From Okamejei kenojei (Eukaryota): DNA of 64,000 nt. The DNA lies in assembly GCA_035221665.1 (NCBI GenBank), contig CM069150.1, positions 9,362,001-9,426,000 on the forward strand, in the 5' to 3' direction. Numbering within the stretch: the first letter of the stretch is position 1; the number at the start of each line of letters is the position of its first letter. Under the pieces are notes generated by a model. That model was not told where the DNA came from. It searched no databases and saw only the letters and a program-made list of their open reading frames with translations. Shown piece by piece: positions 24,817-37,961 of this stretch. The position numbers were made by a program, and so were the translations under genes.

Positions 24817-27184
24817 CACAGACAACTGGTGAATACTTTCCGAAGAGCACCCTGCACACAGCAAAACCCTAGATATAATAAACCAAGGGATTAATACTGG
24901 CCAAGGTACCCATGGAGACTTCCCACAAGCAGTTCCTTCGCAATCCAAGATTACTGAGCACAAATTAACATCTCATCGAATGGTTGACCCACTGACCCCT
25001 AGGCCAACACAAGTCTCTGGGTGATGTGACCACTTTTGCTGAAAACCTCGTTATTAATCGCACACGTCTGGGGAATCTTTTTAATGTACAGATTTACTGT
25101 TGCCTTTCTTACACCATACTCGTGGCAGCACTTCAGTCGTGAAGTAAGTGCTGTGGAGGTGGTGAAAATTCCTCCCTTTGGTTGCTCTGTTTGAGGCAGC
25201 TGCGGAAGCCAGGCTCTGCTCAGCTGATGGGACTCGGGTAGATGTCATCAGCACACTGCAGATGGGCAAGGAATCCTCATTGTGTCCTGAGGAGGGTGGT
25301 AAGGGGCACCGTGTGTGAACTCCTTGCTCGGCAGAGCGTGCCAAGGCATTTTGTTGAATCTCTCAAATGTATCACCGGCAAAAGAAAAGAAGCAATCTGG
25401 CCATTCACTGCCGTTCATGGCCATGTGCCTGGAAACATGGCAGAATCCTTGCTGCTTCAGTGCAGAGCAGTTTGCCAAACTGTATTGGAGTGCTCAGAGT
25501 CATTGTGGACACAACTACACAAACGGAAGCTACAAGAGTAAAAATATCACAGCCAGAAAAAAAAAAAAAATATCTGCTGAAAGAAATGCATTAATTGAGC
25601 ATTTTCAATTAATTTACGATGAGAAATGGTGAAAAATGGACAGTTTCTAATATCTATATATAATTTTAAAGACTTCTGAATACTTTGAACAATGCATGTT
25701 GACGATAATCAGGTTGAAATAATAAATGGGAAGAGCCTGGAATTTTACTTTCTCTCCTCTGCCAGCCTGAGATGACCACCAGAACCACGTGGGAGAGGGC
25801 CTTGAAATGGTCCCTCGTGCTCAGGACAATAGAAGGATTGCTTGTCTGTTTTACTTAAGACGTCTTTCTTGTCCGCTCAAATCCATAACAAATCGAGCAT
25901 TGGTAAATATTCTAGGTCTCGATAAAACGGCCAACATAGAAACAGCCATGTAGCTCGACTGGTCTATGTTGTCATTTATGCTCCAAACCAGTCTCTTCCC
26001 AACTCGCTTCATCTAACCCCATCTGCACATACCTCTATTTCCTTCCTCCCTCATGTGTTTATCTGTGCTATTAGCTTCAACCTCTCCACGTGGTAGCAAA
26101 TTCGACTCTGCATTTATTAAAAAGGAAAGGTAGATCAGAAGATAACAAATTTGGTTCCGTCAAATATGAAATAAAACAGGTTTTCATACTCCAGTAGTAT
26201 CACCAGTTAGTTGAAACCTCCTCTAGACTTATCTGTGTCTTACATTCTGCCAGTTCTGGCCTCCGATGGATCCCCAGTAGTCAAGGCTGCACGACAGGGG
26301 GCATTCTCTCCTGATCCCAATGCTGATCCCATCTCTAATATTCTATTTACATCTATCATTTGACCTACATTTTCATTTTTTCCCTTATTACCTCAGTGGT
26401 TCAGATTCAAGTTTTAAAAAGTATACACACACTCCTGAGAAACAATTGGGAGGCAGAACCGAGATGGATGCCGTTATCTGTTACCGACCCACTGCAGGAT
26501 GGAGACAGCGACGGTGGGGTGGGAAGAACGATGCCAGTAGGAACTCAAAGAATCCAGGTATATTTGGGGAAAATAAAAATCTAGTCCTTTTCATACTTGT
26601 AAGGAGAAACGAGACATGCAATTCTATGCAAAGGTGCACAGGTTTTTACTTCACTCGGCAGCAAGACTTCATTGCATGCTGCACTGGTATACAGTGCCCT
26701 GAAGTCCTTTGGGCATGAATTTCCAGATAGAAAAGGCTGCAGTGGATTATGAAAGCATTTATTCTTCTAGTCTGTAGCGACAGATCAGCAGAGGTGAGGT
26801 AGTGAGATACAACAACTGAATCGCAAGCTTCTGAGCACCTGATGTCTGACACCATTGTTGTCAACTCATCTGGATTCAATTGCCAAGTGCAAAATCATGA
26901 ACAAATTCCTTACAAATACATATTCAAGATTGCTGCACACAGTTGTCTGGGTGAATTTGCCTCAAAGAATGGATAGTGACTGACTGCAGTGCATCAACTG
27001 ACCTCAGTATTGCTCTGTGCCCTGAAGTAAGATCTACAATTCCATGCCACCCTCCAGCAAAAGGCATCCGTGATTGCGAGCAGGGGTGCCACCAACACCA
27101 CTCAAGTCTACATCAGTTTGGTAGCGGAGTAGACTCAATGGGCTGAATGGCCTTGTTCTGCTATGACTTCTGAACTTATGAGTT

Positions 27185-27490
27185 CAGAGATAGAGCATGG
27201 AAACAGGCCTTTCGCCCAAACGGACCATCCATCGATCACCTATTCACACCAGTTTGATGTTGTCCCACTTTCCTGTCCACTCCCTGCACGTTAAGGGGAA
27301 TTTTACACAGGAAAATTAACCTGCAAACCCACATGTCTTTAGGATGTGGCAGGAAACAGAGTCACCAGGAGGAAACCCACCACAATCCGGGGAGAGCGCA
27401 ATGGACAAACGCAGCACGGACACTCGAGGTCAGAATCGAACTCGGGTTTGCGGTGAGGCAGCAACTTACCCAACGTACCACGGTGCTGGC
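27185..27490 (-). mobile_element. V-SINE/HE1-like SINE
   Basis: catggaaacaggcctttcgccca...aattaacctgcaaacccacatgtctttaggatgtgg...gaggtcagaatcgaactcggg. Confidence 0.65.
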
Positions 27491-28129
27491 TCGCACTCTT
27501 GCCTCATCCGCCCCACCACCACAGCACTTTTAAGAAAATGTTTTAGTAATCTCCACTCTTATCCTCTGGACTCTACTTCCTGCCTTTAGAATTTTTAGTA
27601 ACGTTCCATTTCCATCTCATCTGAAATGTACCTTCTCTGGTGGGGCTCCAGCTGCCACCCTCCCACCCCCCTGCCCTGGAGGGGTGGGGAAAAACAAAAT
27701 CTATTCTACCATTGCTGTGTCCACACCTCCGACTATCTGTATCAGCTTGGTGGTGGGTGCAGAGCAAGGCTGAGTACGCAGCTCCAACAGTCCCACTGGT
27801 ATGAGGATACACACTTCAGCATTCCATCAACTCCATTGCTCTGGCATATCAAATTCCATGAGTACATCATGCGGATTTTCCTCCTTTTACGTTCTCACGA
27901 TGTGGGCCAAGCCCACTTGCCCTTGAGAAAGGCTTGGCCAACCAACCTTCCTGAACCACTGGTGCTCTAAAGGAGTGCTGGGATGTAGATTAATTAACAA
28001 AGGACCAGCAGTAAATTCCTACTCTTTGGAACGTGCTGCAATTTTCCATCAACAACCAACCTACCGACAAGTCTGTATCTTAATTGAGTGTGCAAATGTC
28101 ATACATAAACACACACACACACCCACACA

Positions 28130-28354
28130 GCTTTCTCTCTCTTTCTCCATCCTCTCCCCCTTCCCAGTTCTCCCACCAGTCTTACTGTCTCCGACTACAT
28201 TCTCTGTCCCACCCACTCCCGACATCAGTTTGAAGCTCTCGACCCGAAATGTCACCCATGCCTTCTCTCCAGAGATGCTGCCTGTCCTGCTGAGTTACTC
28301 CAGCAGTTTATATCCACCTTCGATTTATATCTACCTTCGATCTACCAGCATCTG
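28130..28354 (+). mobile_element. Penelope-derived 3' fragment abutting the assembly gap at 28355-28535
   Basis: ctcgacccgaaatgtcaccca...ccagagatgctgcctgtcctgctgagttactccagc. Confidence 0.7.
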
Positions 28355-29659
28355 NNNNNNNNNNNNNNNNNNNNNNNNNNNNNNNNNNNNNNNNNNNNNN
28401 NNNNNNNNNNNNNNNNNNNNNNNNNNNNNNNNNNNNNNNNNNNNNNNNNNNNNNNNNNNNNNNNNNNNNNNNNNNNNNNNNNNNNNNNNNNNNNNNNNNN
28501 NNNNNNNNNNNNNNNNNNNNNNNNNNNNNNNNNNNACACTGAACGTTTATTGCAGTGTTCCATGGGTTTAACAGAGTACTATGTTTGCATATCTGCGGTA
28601 CTGCTGCAAGTAAGAATTTCATTGTTCATTTTCGGAACATTTGACAATCAAACACTCGACACTCTTGTCTGGAGCTGCAGTGAAGTTGGAGTGATGGGAG
28701 GCAGTTGATCACTCTCTGGAAAGGTTGATGGGAATGTCTCAAACTGTCAATAATCAATGAACATTTGAGTTAAAAACACAGAGAGTCTTGTTGTTGGATG
28801 AAAGAAAAGAAAAGGGATGAAAAATAGTTGTCCAGTTTGGAGCAGAGTGCCCTGGCTCACAAGGACAAAGGTAGAATAGGGAAGTTGCTGTAGGATACAG
28901 GGTACTTTGCGGGTGAACTGAGAACGTTCCCTGGCAACCTGCATGCACCTCATTTGTTTCATCCATTCTTCTGTTCCTGAACTGCAGCAGCCACTGGGGT
29001 TTCGTTACGGCTGGACAACCTTCGGTTTCCTACAAATCATTCTTTATGATCTACTTGACCAGAGGAGTCATCATTAAACAAGACAACAGTCATTCTTGCA
29101 TTTTTTCAGCTACACCACAGATGGTAGCAGAAAACCAATAGGGTTAGCCCAGGAAACGGGGCATAAAAAATAATCAAACTGCGGGAAGAATTTTGCAGTT
29201 TCAGCCATTAGTTGTTTTTTTTGCTCCAGTTTCAAGCGTCTGCAGTCTCATGTCTCCAGAAAGCAGGCACAGGTCCAGCAGGGCATTCTTATCTCTTTCC
29301 ACCCTGCTGCATTTCAAATCAGCAAGCATTTAAACGGTAAATTTGAACCCGTCCCAACATATAACTGGCCACTAAAGTCCTTGTTACACTTTGAAGAGCT
29401 ATCACTTCACAGCCCGGGTTCAATCCCCGCCGTGGGTGTTGTCTGTGTGGCTTTGCAGCTCCTGCATGCTCTCCGAGATGTCCACGTTTCTCCCGGGTTG
29501 CAATGGTTCCCACCCACGTCTGAAAGAACTGCTGGCTGGTAATTGGCAGCAGTACATAACCCCTAATGTGCAGGTGGGTGACGAAATGTAGGGGCAATAG
29601 GAATGTAACAAGAATAAGAGCAATGTGTGTAAATTGGCCAGCATAGAGCAGGCCATAAA

Positions 29660-29905
29660 TGATGGCTGGTCTACCTCTCCCGCCTAACCCTATTCTTCTA
29701 GCTTCTCCCCGACACCCGTACTAATCAAGAATCTATCTATCTCTGCTTTGAAAATATCCATTGTCAGCCTTCTGTGGCTATGATTTCCACAGATTCACCA
29801 CCCTCTGACAAAATAAAATCCTCCTCATCTCCTTCCTTAAAGGGACATTCTTTAATTCTGAGGATATGACCTCTAGCCCCAGACTCTCTCACCAGTGGAA
29901 ACACT
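29660..29905 (-). mobile_element. CR1 LINE fragment
   Basis: ttccacagattcaccaccctctga...cctcctcatctcc...ttaattctgagg...cctagactctc...agtggaaaca is the reverse complement of the CR1 3' region. Confidence 0.7.
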
Positions 29906-30579
29906 GGTGGGTCAATGGGCCTATTCCTGCACTGTTAAAATGTTGTGCTTTTGAGGGGGATTTGACATGAGCATGGGGAGAATAACGTGGAATTAATGTA
30001 ATTGGCGGTAGACTTGGAGGGCCAAAGGTGACGGATTCCATGCTGCACATTTCTGACAGGGCACTCACGCCCCAATGACATTATGATAACGATGACAAAA
30101 TTATGTTATTCCCCATGGAATCCTTGCACTTGGGTGAGGGGTGCGTGCGAGGGGGCATCCCACACGCCAGAAGAAACTCCAGCCTGCACTGCCGCCCAAG
30201 TTACTGGAAAGAAATCTCTTTGAGGAGACGGCAAATCCTGCATCCTAGCTCCATCCACCGGACTAACCTTCAGGATAAATTCATTTTAAAATGCAAGCCT
30301 ACGAGATCCAAGAATGTGCCGAGGTTGTAGGCAAAAAGCAGCCGACACATCACGAGGGGAGAGTCAGACACTGATAATTCTCCGCTTTCTGTGGAATCTA
30401 AGCCGCACACTAAGAGCAGACACAAAAGGCTCGTTCTTTTTATTCAATGAGCTGAGTGAATTAACTTGGAGCAGCAGAGACCGTCTCTCTTTCAGTGAGA
30501 GCCGCTACTGTTTATGTAGATGTGAAGTAACAGATCACTTTTGACCTACATTTGTCACATGCATGTCTGTCTGCGGGCA

Positions 30580-30599
30580 GGAGAGAGAGAGTGAGAGAG

Positions 30600-30642
<43 letters not shown>

Positions 30643-30661
30643 GAGAGAGAGAGAGAGAGAG
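30580..30661. repeat. (GA)n microsatellite
   Basis: About 80 bp of GA dinucleotides. Confidence 0.95.
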
Positions 30662-32369
30662 GCCCCTTTAAAACCCCGAACAGTGAAATCTGTTGTGCTC
30701 TTCACTCACTGAGCCTGGGGTGGGGGGGTTGTGGGTCTGTGTCTGTGTAGAGAGAGGGGGAGCTGTGCACTTTCTCTGCAGTTGGCGGAATCCTCACTGA
30801 GCAATCCATTCATCCATGCTCTTACGTAATACTGCAGAAAGTATTACCTAGCGCGGGCGGCCCAGTCCATGCAACAGAAACGGGCCGAGAGAATACAGAC
30901 CCAGACTGATGTTCAGTAGAGGCTGGGAGCCGGTGCATCCCAAATTTCTCACCTCCACCTCTAGATAATCTGAGCAGTGGTATTTTTGTGCGCAAGACTG
31001 AAAAACGGGAGCGACAGGGAGAACAGTGAACTCTTCACTTTATTAACAAGGGTGCCAGAGTGGAATTCACAAATCCCAGGAAATGGTTAAAAGCGCTGAC
31101 AATGGGAAAGGTGGTGAATTTGGCACAGATTCCTATTATTTGAGACAAATCGCTGCAAGTTCCTCAAAAGTGAAATGCAGTTTGAAGCATGAAATGAGAG
31201 AAAAAAAAAATGTTGCAGTCGCAACAATTTTATCTTTGTGTTGTCTCCACTGCAGTAGTGTTTGGTGCGTTTTATTTACATTCTTGTGTACGGATGCTGC
31301 AGTTTCTCAAGAGCCCCGGTTCACCAGCTGAAGCCCTGCCAGAGTTCTGTGACCTTTGTTCCTGGCCTCTTGAGGCTTTAGCTGACATTTTTCCCCAAAC
31401 AAAACAACACAGCCCTTGTGGAGTCAGTAACATTCTGCGACGTGTAAAGAATGAAGCCCAAAACTGAAAGCTCCAGAAAATTCAACGATTAAATGGGAGC
31501 CATTTTTTATTAAATTTTTTTTTTTTTTTTTTTTTAAACTTCAACCTCCCAGTGACATCTGTCCTTTGAAATCTGCCATTTCAAAGTCAAATGCAAACCC
31601 CTTTATCCTTGCTCTTGGACTGCGATGGGGGAAGGGCAATTGGCGGACTGTACTAATTGAAGGAGTTATTCCAGCCTGATGTCATTCAAAGTCTTACCAC
31701 TCCACATGGCAACTGCTTTAATTGATGCCTTTAACTCAGACAAACCAAACACACACATTAGGTGCACTTCAGAATCCACACAATGGAGGCCCTTGAGATC
31801 TCTCTTCACCAGACAGCAACATCGCAAGAGCCAGTCTAGGTGAAGCTGGGGGGGGGGGGGGGGGGGTGCATATGGTACAGAGCAATGGAGAGAGCAGGCG
31901 GGCGACACACTTGCTGCAACTGTTCTAAATTTAACCAGCGGAACAAAAGCCGCATACTCGCAGTTTATTTGCATATTCCACTCAGCCAGAGAGACACAAC
32001 ATGAAGCTGGCTGCCTTGAAAACTGGGTATCACACTCTATAAACACAGGACACAGCCATCGGTCAACCTCGCAATCTGATAATTCCCTCTTATTCAAGAT
32101 AACAATCTCCATTAACCTGTTTTTTTTTAAAAAACAAAGGAGGGAACTTGCTAAGTCAGCGATGAAACTGAAACATAGCAGAGTCAGATGGTTTCGGAAA
32201 GCTAGGCAATTCAGGTGAGCGTGACCTTTAAGGGACTTCCGATCCCTACTTACTGCCTGCTGAATGACGTGCACCGTGAACCGGTGAAGATGCTGCTTGC
32301 ACACTGCAGCAGGGAGAGACATTAAAACCCTGCAGAAAGAGTCACAGAAGCAACCAATGGTTTTAGTAA

Positions 32370-32642
32370 ACGGCTGAGGAAGGGTCTCGACCCAAAACGT
32401 CACCCGTTCCTAGGTGGACAAAAGTGCTGGAGAAACTCAGCGGGTGCAGCAGCATCTGCGGAGCGAAGGAAATGGGCAACGTTTCGGGCACTTTTGTCTA
32501 CCTTCGATTTTCCAGCACCTGCAGTTCCTTCTTAAACACATCACCCATTCCTTCTATGCAGAGAAGCTGCCCATCCCGCGGAGTTACTCCAACATTTTGT
32601 GCCTGCCTTCAGTGTAAACCAGCATCTGCAGATCCTTCTTAC
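32370..32642. mobile_element. Type B palindromic mini-element nested in a type A terminal repeat
   Basis: Type A core ...aaacgtcacccgttcct, then the type B palindrome at about 32412-32538, then type A resumes at tcacccattccttct. tcaccc(g/a)ttcct is duplicated on both sides. Confidence 0.7.
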
Positions 32643-33095
32643 GCATTTTGTCTGCATGAATAGCCATGTCATTGCCAGAGCACGCATGTCTTGGTTACAT
32701 CCGTCTGGGCCACACTGCCCATTTACTGTGGGTGGCAGACTGCCCACTCATCTGGTGAATTTAAGGGCATCACCTCATCTCCCACATCCTGCTGCACATC
32801 CTCCCCTATCCTCCCGAACACACTGTCGCCCCACAAACGGGAAAGAGAACGCAAATAGGTTAGTAAAATGACAAACTCAGTTAATATTTTTCAGTGGTGA
32901 ACAGCAGTGTTCAATAAAGCACTGCGCCACACTATTATTTTTCACAGCTCATTGATTTTCCACCTGTATTAACAAATCCAAGATCAATGCCTTCAGGTCA
33001 ATTCTGAGGTGCCGGAAAAGGTAGAGCATGGATATTCCGAATACACTTGGACCCTGATCCACCGTGCCAACAAACTGCCCAAATCATTTAAATGC

Positions 33096-33373
33096 TGTTC
33101 AAGAAGGAACTGCAGATGCTGGAAAAATCAAAGGTAGACAAAAGTGCCGGAGAAACTCAGCGGGTGCGGCAGCATCTAAGGTGCGAAGGAAATAGGCAAC
33201 GTTTCGTGCCAAAACCCTTCTTCAGACTGATGCAGGGTTGGGGCGGTGGGAAGAAGAAAGGAAGAGGAGGAGCCCGAGGGCTGAGGGAGAGCTGAGAAGG
33301 TGGGGGGGAGACAGCAAGGGCTACTGGAAATTGGAGAAGTCAGTGTTCAAGCCTCTGGGGTGCAGACTGCCCA
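33096..33373 (-). mobile_element. Penelope-like 3' end (type B)
   Basis: Collinear with 14392-14670. Confidence 0.8.
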
Positions 33374-36300
33374 AGTTGTTGTTATGGTTACATGGAATCC
33401 CTGCATTTCTTTGTTACCAAAGATTTTGGCAATGCTTTTTTATTGCAACCTTTCTTTCTTCCAGCAGGAGGGAGCCAGGTTGCATCTACCAGGTGCATCC
33501 ACTGGACTTGCTATCCCACAGGCTGCCCTGGTGCCCTGACACCACCAATGCAGCTCTGTTTGGACCATGGCTGGGGTACCCTGGAGCTGAGAAGTCCTGA
33601 TGAAATGCAAACTGCAATGGCGAGCGGGCTATTGTTAAATGCCGCTTGGTAGAATGGTTGACGACACCCTCCATCGATTGCTGACCACTGGTGAATGAAT
33701 TGACGGGTTAAGGTGGGCAGATCAGATTTATTCTGCTTTTGGTATTCATTTATTATCGTCACATGTTCTGAGATGCTGAAAACAGTTTTACCACCAACCA
33801 GGCAAATAATACCACACACACAAGTATAATCAAGCCATATATGCATGCAACGGGTAGTGCAAACAGTGAAAGGAAAAAGTATTACAACAGAGAAAGTACT
33901 AATGAAAATAGGCAGATTGGAAGGTCAGGTAAATTTCCACAGCTTTTGACCTGGGTGCGAGTGGTCCTTGATTTTGTTAGCCGATTTCTCAAGGCAGCAT
34001 GAAGTGTAAATGGTGTCATTTGGGATTTTGGGGGGGGGGGGGGGGGGGGGGGGTGGGGGAAGGGAGAAAGAACAGGTTTGCACGTTGGACTGGGCTGCAT
34101 CCATTTCTCTGCAATTCATCGGAGTCTTATGCCAAGCTAAGTTATGACACATAGCAATAGAATGGCTTCTATGCAGAAATTGGGAAGAGTTTTTGGAGAG
34201 ATTTCTCTGGACTTCTGAGGAAGTAGAGGCGTTTGTGCTCTTTCTTAACCAGAGCAGATATTGCGTGACATATCTGGGCCAATGTTCCCCATTGCTAGTG
34301 AACCGAAACAGAGGTGCAGTTAGTGCACTTCAGAAGTGCCTGTTGCTCTTGGCTGTTTCTTGATGCCAGCTGAAAGCGGCTTGTGATCATGGGGACCTCA
34401 TGAGGAAGCCAAGTTGAATCATCCACTCAACACTGTCACGTTCATTGTCATCTACACCCGGGTGCAATGAGATGCCTTGTTGCACGAGAGAGACAATAAG
34501 GAATGCAAAACAGTAGATTGGTGCAAAGATTGTTGTGTAATCTGTAATAATGCAAAAATCTAAACATCTAAGTACAATCATAGATGAAGAGGGGAGAGAA
34601 ACAGCACATGACAGCACCGCCAGGAAAGATGCAAAAGAGGAGACGGGTTCAGGAAACAGCTGAGTAGGAAGAAGCTCTTCTCAAGTCTGGGCAATTCAGC
34701 TGTCGAGCCCCTATATCTTCTCCAAAAAGGCAGGAGAGAGGAAAGGAAATGGCCAGGGTGAAAGACCGATACAACACATGGTGTTCTGGCTGAACATGGT
34801 TGTACATGATGCTCCCTCTTCTTTAACACGCACGCACTGGCTCTGCCACTGTTAAAGGATGGGAACGTTTCTGTTTGATGCTCACTTGTCTGCCATGCTC
34901 CACAATGGATGCGGAAGGACTGCAAACCTGGAGGCTGCAAGCTCACTTTGCTCTGGTAATACTGCACCAGAGCACTACATCAGATTGATGTCTGGTCCTG
35001 CTCCTCACAGAATCAGAGTTCATGCCAAAAAATATGCACCAGATTCTGGGATTGCAGTATGCACATCTGCTGCTGTGGATGGTCCAAAGTCTTGATGCCC
35101 AGTTACCAAGCTACCAAAGAGCCGATTCCATTTCGCACAAGGGTACGCTCAAGCAGGGTAGTCTTCGTGAGAAGGGATTTTCTCTCCACAGGGGCTGTGT
35201 GATCGAATAGCGTCAGTTACACACACTTGGCTCAATGCGTAATCCTAAAACAAGAATCTTTGACAGCAGAATTGTTCCGTTTAAGCTGGATGCGGGAGAT
35301 ACACTTGTTTAGTGCTGTGAAGTCTGCACAACATAGCAAGTCTTGGTGTGGGCCACTATTGATTATTGTATTCCACCCAAGGACACCTCAGGAAATCAAA
35401 AAGAAAAATTGGTGTCGATTCTGGAAGTATATAAAAACAGATTGCTATAAGCACTGTAGAGCCAGCAGTATCTTTAGTGGGTGTATCAGAGATAATGTGC
35501 ATGTTTGACTGATGGAAGGCTATAATCAGTACACCATTTTTCTCTCTGCAGATGCTGCCTGGCCTGCTGCGTGTTAAGTATTTGCTGTTCTTATTTATGT
35601 TAGATACAATGCTTAATGTGTTTTTTTCACTGTTAAATGGGTCAAGATTAATGCAAGTGAGATCCAATCAGGACTTTTGATATCATAGCACTTGTATATT
35701 GTCCACACGGAACACTTTTAGATAGTAAACTCTGCAGATGTACATTTAGCCAGACAGGCACCAGATATGTAGTTTGAAATGTAAACAGATTACATTTGTT
35801 TGATGGGACATTAAAATTCAAATAACCAGTACTGGAGCCCATATCACCAGTGTCATTCACCCTTCAGCTTGTTCAAAAGCAGCTGCTCCCATGACTAGGC
35901 TGAGCCACTCGGACCAGAACATTTCAGCTTAGAAGCCCGAAGAGAACATGGCTGGAGGTGGTGAAGCCAGCCACCTACTGAATGAAGCATGCCCTTGCAT
36001 GGATTCCCTGGGAATTCAATTGCAAAGCTTCTGTCATTCTCCCCGTCTTCCGAAAGAAAGCCCAGGATCATTATTGCAGTGAGAATCAGTGCCTCGGCAT
36101 TTGGGTGGGACGGGAGCCTGAATGGGAGCATTTACTACAGTTATAAATTGGTTATTATACGCCAGTGTCTCTCCAAGGATAATCTTTCAATCATCAACTA
36201 GGGTGACAGGGAGAGTACGAGCCAGAGCAAGGAAAGATGCTTCGACACATACTAATACAATAGCTGTCTCCCTCTTGCGTTCTCCAGCTTGTATCTGGTC

Positions 36301-37001
36301 TATTTATACAACGTTGTTCAATGGGTCGCAAATAGATTCCAGACACGTGCTTTTCCTTTGGGACAGATTACAGACTGCACGCAACACTGCAACAAGGTAG
36401 TGCCTATCAGGGTTGTAAACTGTACCAGGCAAAGAGCACCTGCCTCAGTGCGTTATGCTCCTCTGAAGGGTCTCATTACTGGGATCCCAGGAATACCTTC
36501 CCCACAGCTGAAGACAGCAGCATTTGAGATCAGATGTGTCACGTAAACTTGGTAGACAAACCCTGGTTTCTCTCTGCAGTGAAAACATCCAGCGAGGTCT
36601 ATCAGCAGCTGACAGAGGACGATCGCAGTTTTCCATGCCATCTTACACCAGCCTTAGGGCTGCCCCAACTGCTTTCCACCCATTGAGGTTGGCCCACTGT
36701 TGCAGTTGGGAATTGCAGAAGCCAACCAAAGAATGGAGAAGCTTTAACAGCCACACAAAGAAGCAATTATTCATCAGTTTCGTACGATCTTTCACACGGA
36801 TCCTTCGGCCCACCGAGGGATAAACCAACATCTGTGCGTCTCGTCTTAGTGACACAGGTTGAGGGAGAAGTATTTACCAAGGCAGAGGGAATTCCCTGCT
36901 CCTCTTCCAATAGGTAATTTGTGTCCAGATGAGATGACACTTTACCACCTCATCTGAAAGAGAGCGAGTCTCCAGCCGCATACATTAGCCCTGATCATAT
37001 A

Positions 37002-37513
37002 AGTGGGGTTGGGCTGGATTTGGCGCTGGCTGTAGGTCTGTGGGTTGTGCGTGCTGCCTGCGGGCCAGGGGCCACTGGTGTCGTCAGACGGCACTGTCAG
37101 TTGGCGTGGCGGGGGAGGTGGAGGTGAGCTGGGGTTGGCGCTCCTCCGCACTGGAGGCCCGGATGTCCCTGGCCGCCTCCCCGGGCAGGGATGGGACACT
37201 TGTGTGTGTGTGGGGGGGGGGGGGAGACCAGGGACAGTCCGGCGGTGTTTCCGCAGCGCTGGAGACACGGGTTTGACATGGAGCCGGTCGTTTCCCCCCC
37301 ACACTGAAAAAGATAAAGACCCAAACTATACGCACCAAATCTACAGCCCTTAGTTTGATTTTTATTTATAGCGTTCGACCTTTGACAAATCCCATGATTC
37401 CTTGCGTTTTTCGGAATACCGAACTCGCTTATACTGTACTGTCAACAAAGTCATCTTTTGGATGAGGCCATAATTCAAGGCCCCCTTGCCTTCTAAGATG
37501 GACAATCAAAGAA
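37002..37513. repeat. Diverged partial copy of 38648-39172, flanked by 42-bp direct repeats
   Basis: Collinear from agtggggttgggctgga to gatggacaatcaaagaa. Flanks 36959-37000 and 37515-37556 differ at one base. Confidence 0.9.
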
Positions 37514-37961
37514 GAGAGAGCGAGTCTCCAGCCGCATACATTAGCCATGATCATATTGAATGCGAGGGCAGGATTGAAGTATCTAGTGGCTGCCTCCTGC
37601 TCTTTTATTTGTGTCCTTGCAACGTATCCCTCAGGATTTTCAAGCCACAAAGCCAGCCATTAAAATAGTCTGTTGTAAAAATGTACTCAAGCAGGACCAA
37701 TTTTCATCCTTTAAACCTGTTATTGGGCAAGGTCTACCGCAGCCACCGACTTCCCTGACCCAGCCTTTGAAGCCAGACTGTGTTGGCAGGACAGGCAACC
37801 TGTACGGTGCTGCAGGCAAGGCAAGGCAAGACCTTGCTTGGTCAGCTGCCACTCAATGTGGACCGCTTATCTCATCAGTTTTAAAATCAGGAGTTTACCC
37901 ATTCCAGAGATTTCAGCAGCTGCACAGGTTTGAGTGGCCAAGCATTAAGGGATTGTTGTCA

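Noticed and set aside
31666-32403. 245-aa minus ORF containing LMEI, as a possible PMEPA1 exon 1
   Set aside because: Lacks the N-x-S / CxCxC context, has no phase-1 donor, starts in a repeat and runs through poly-C.
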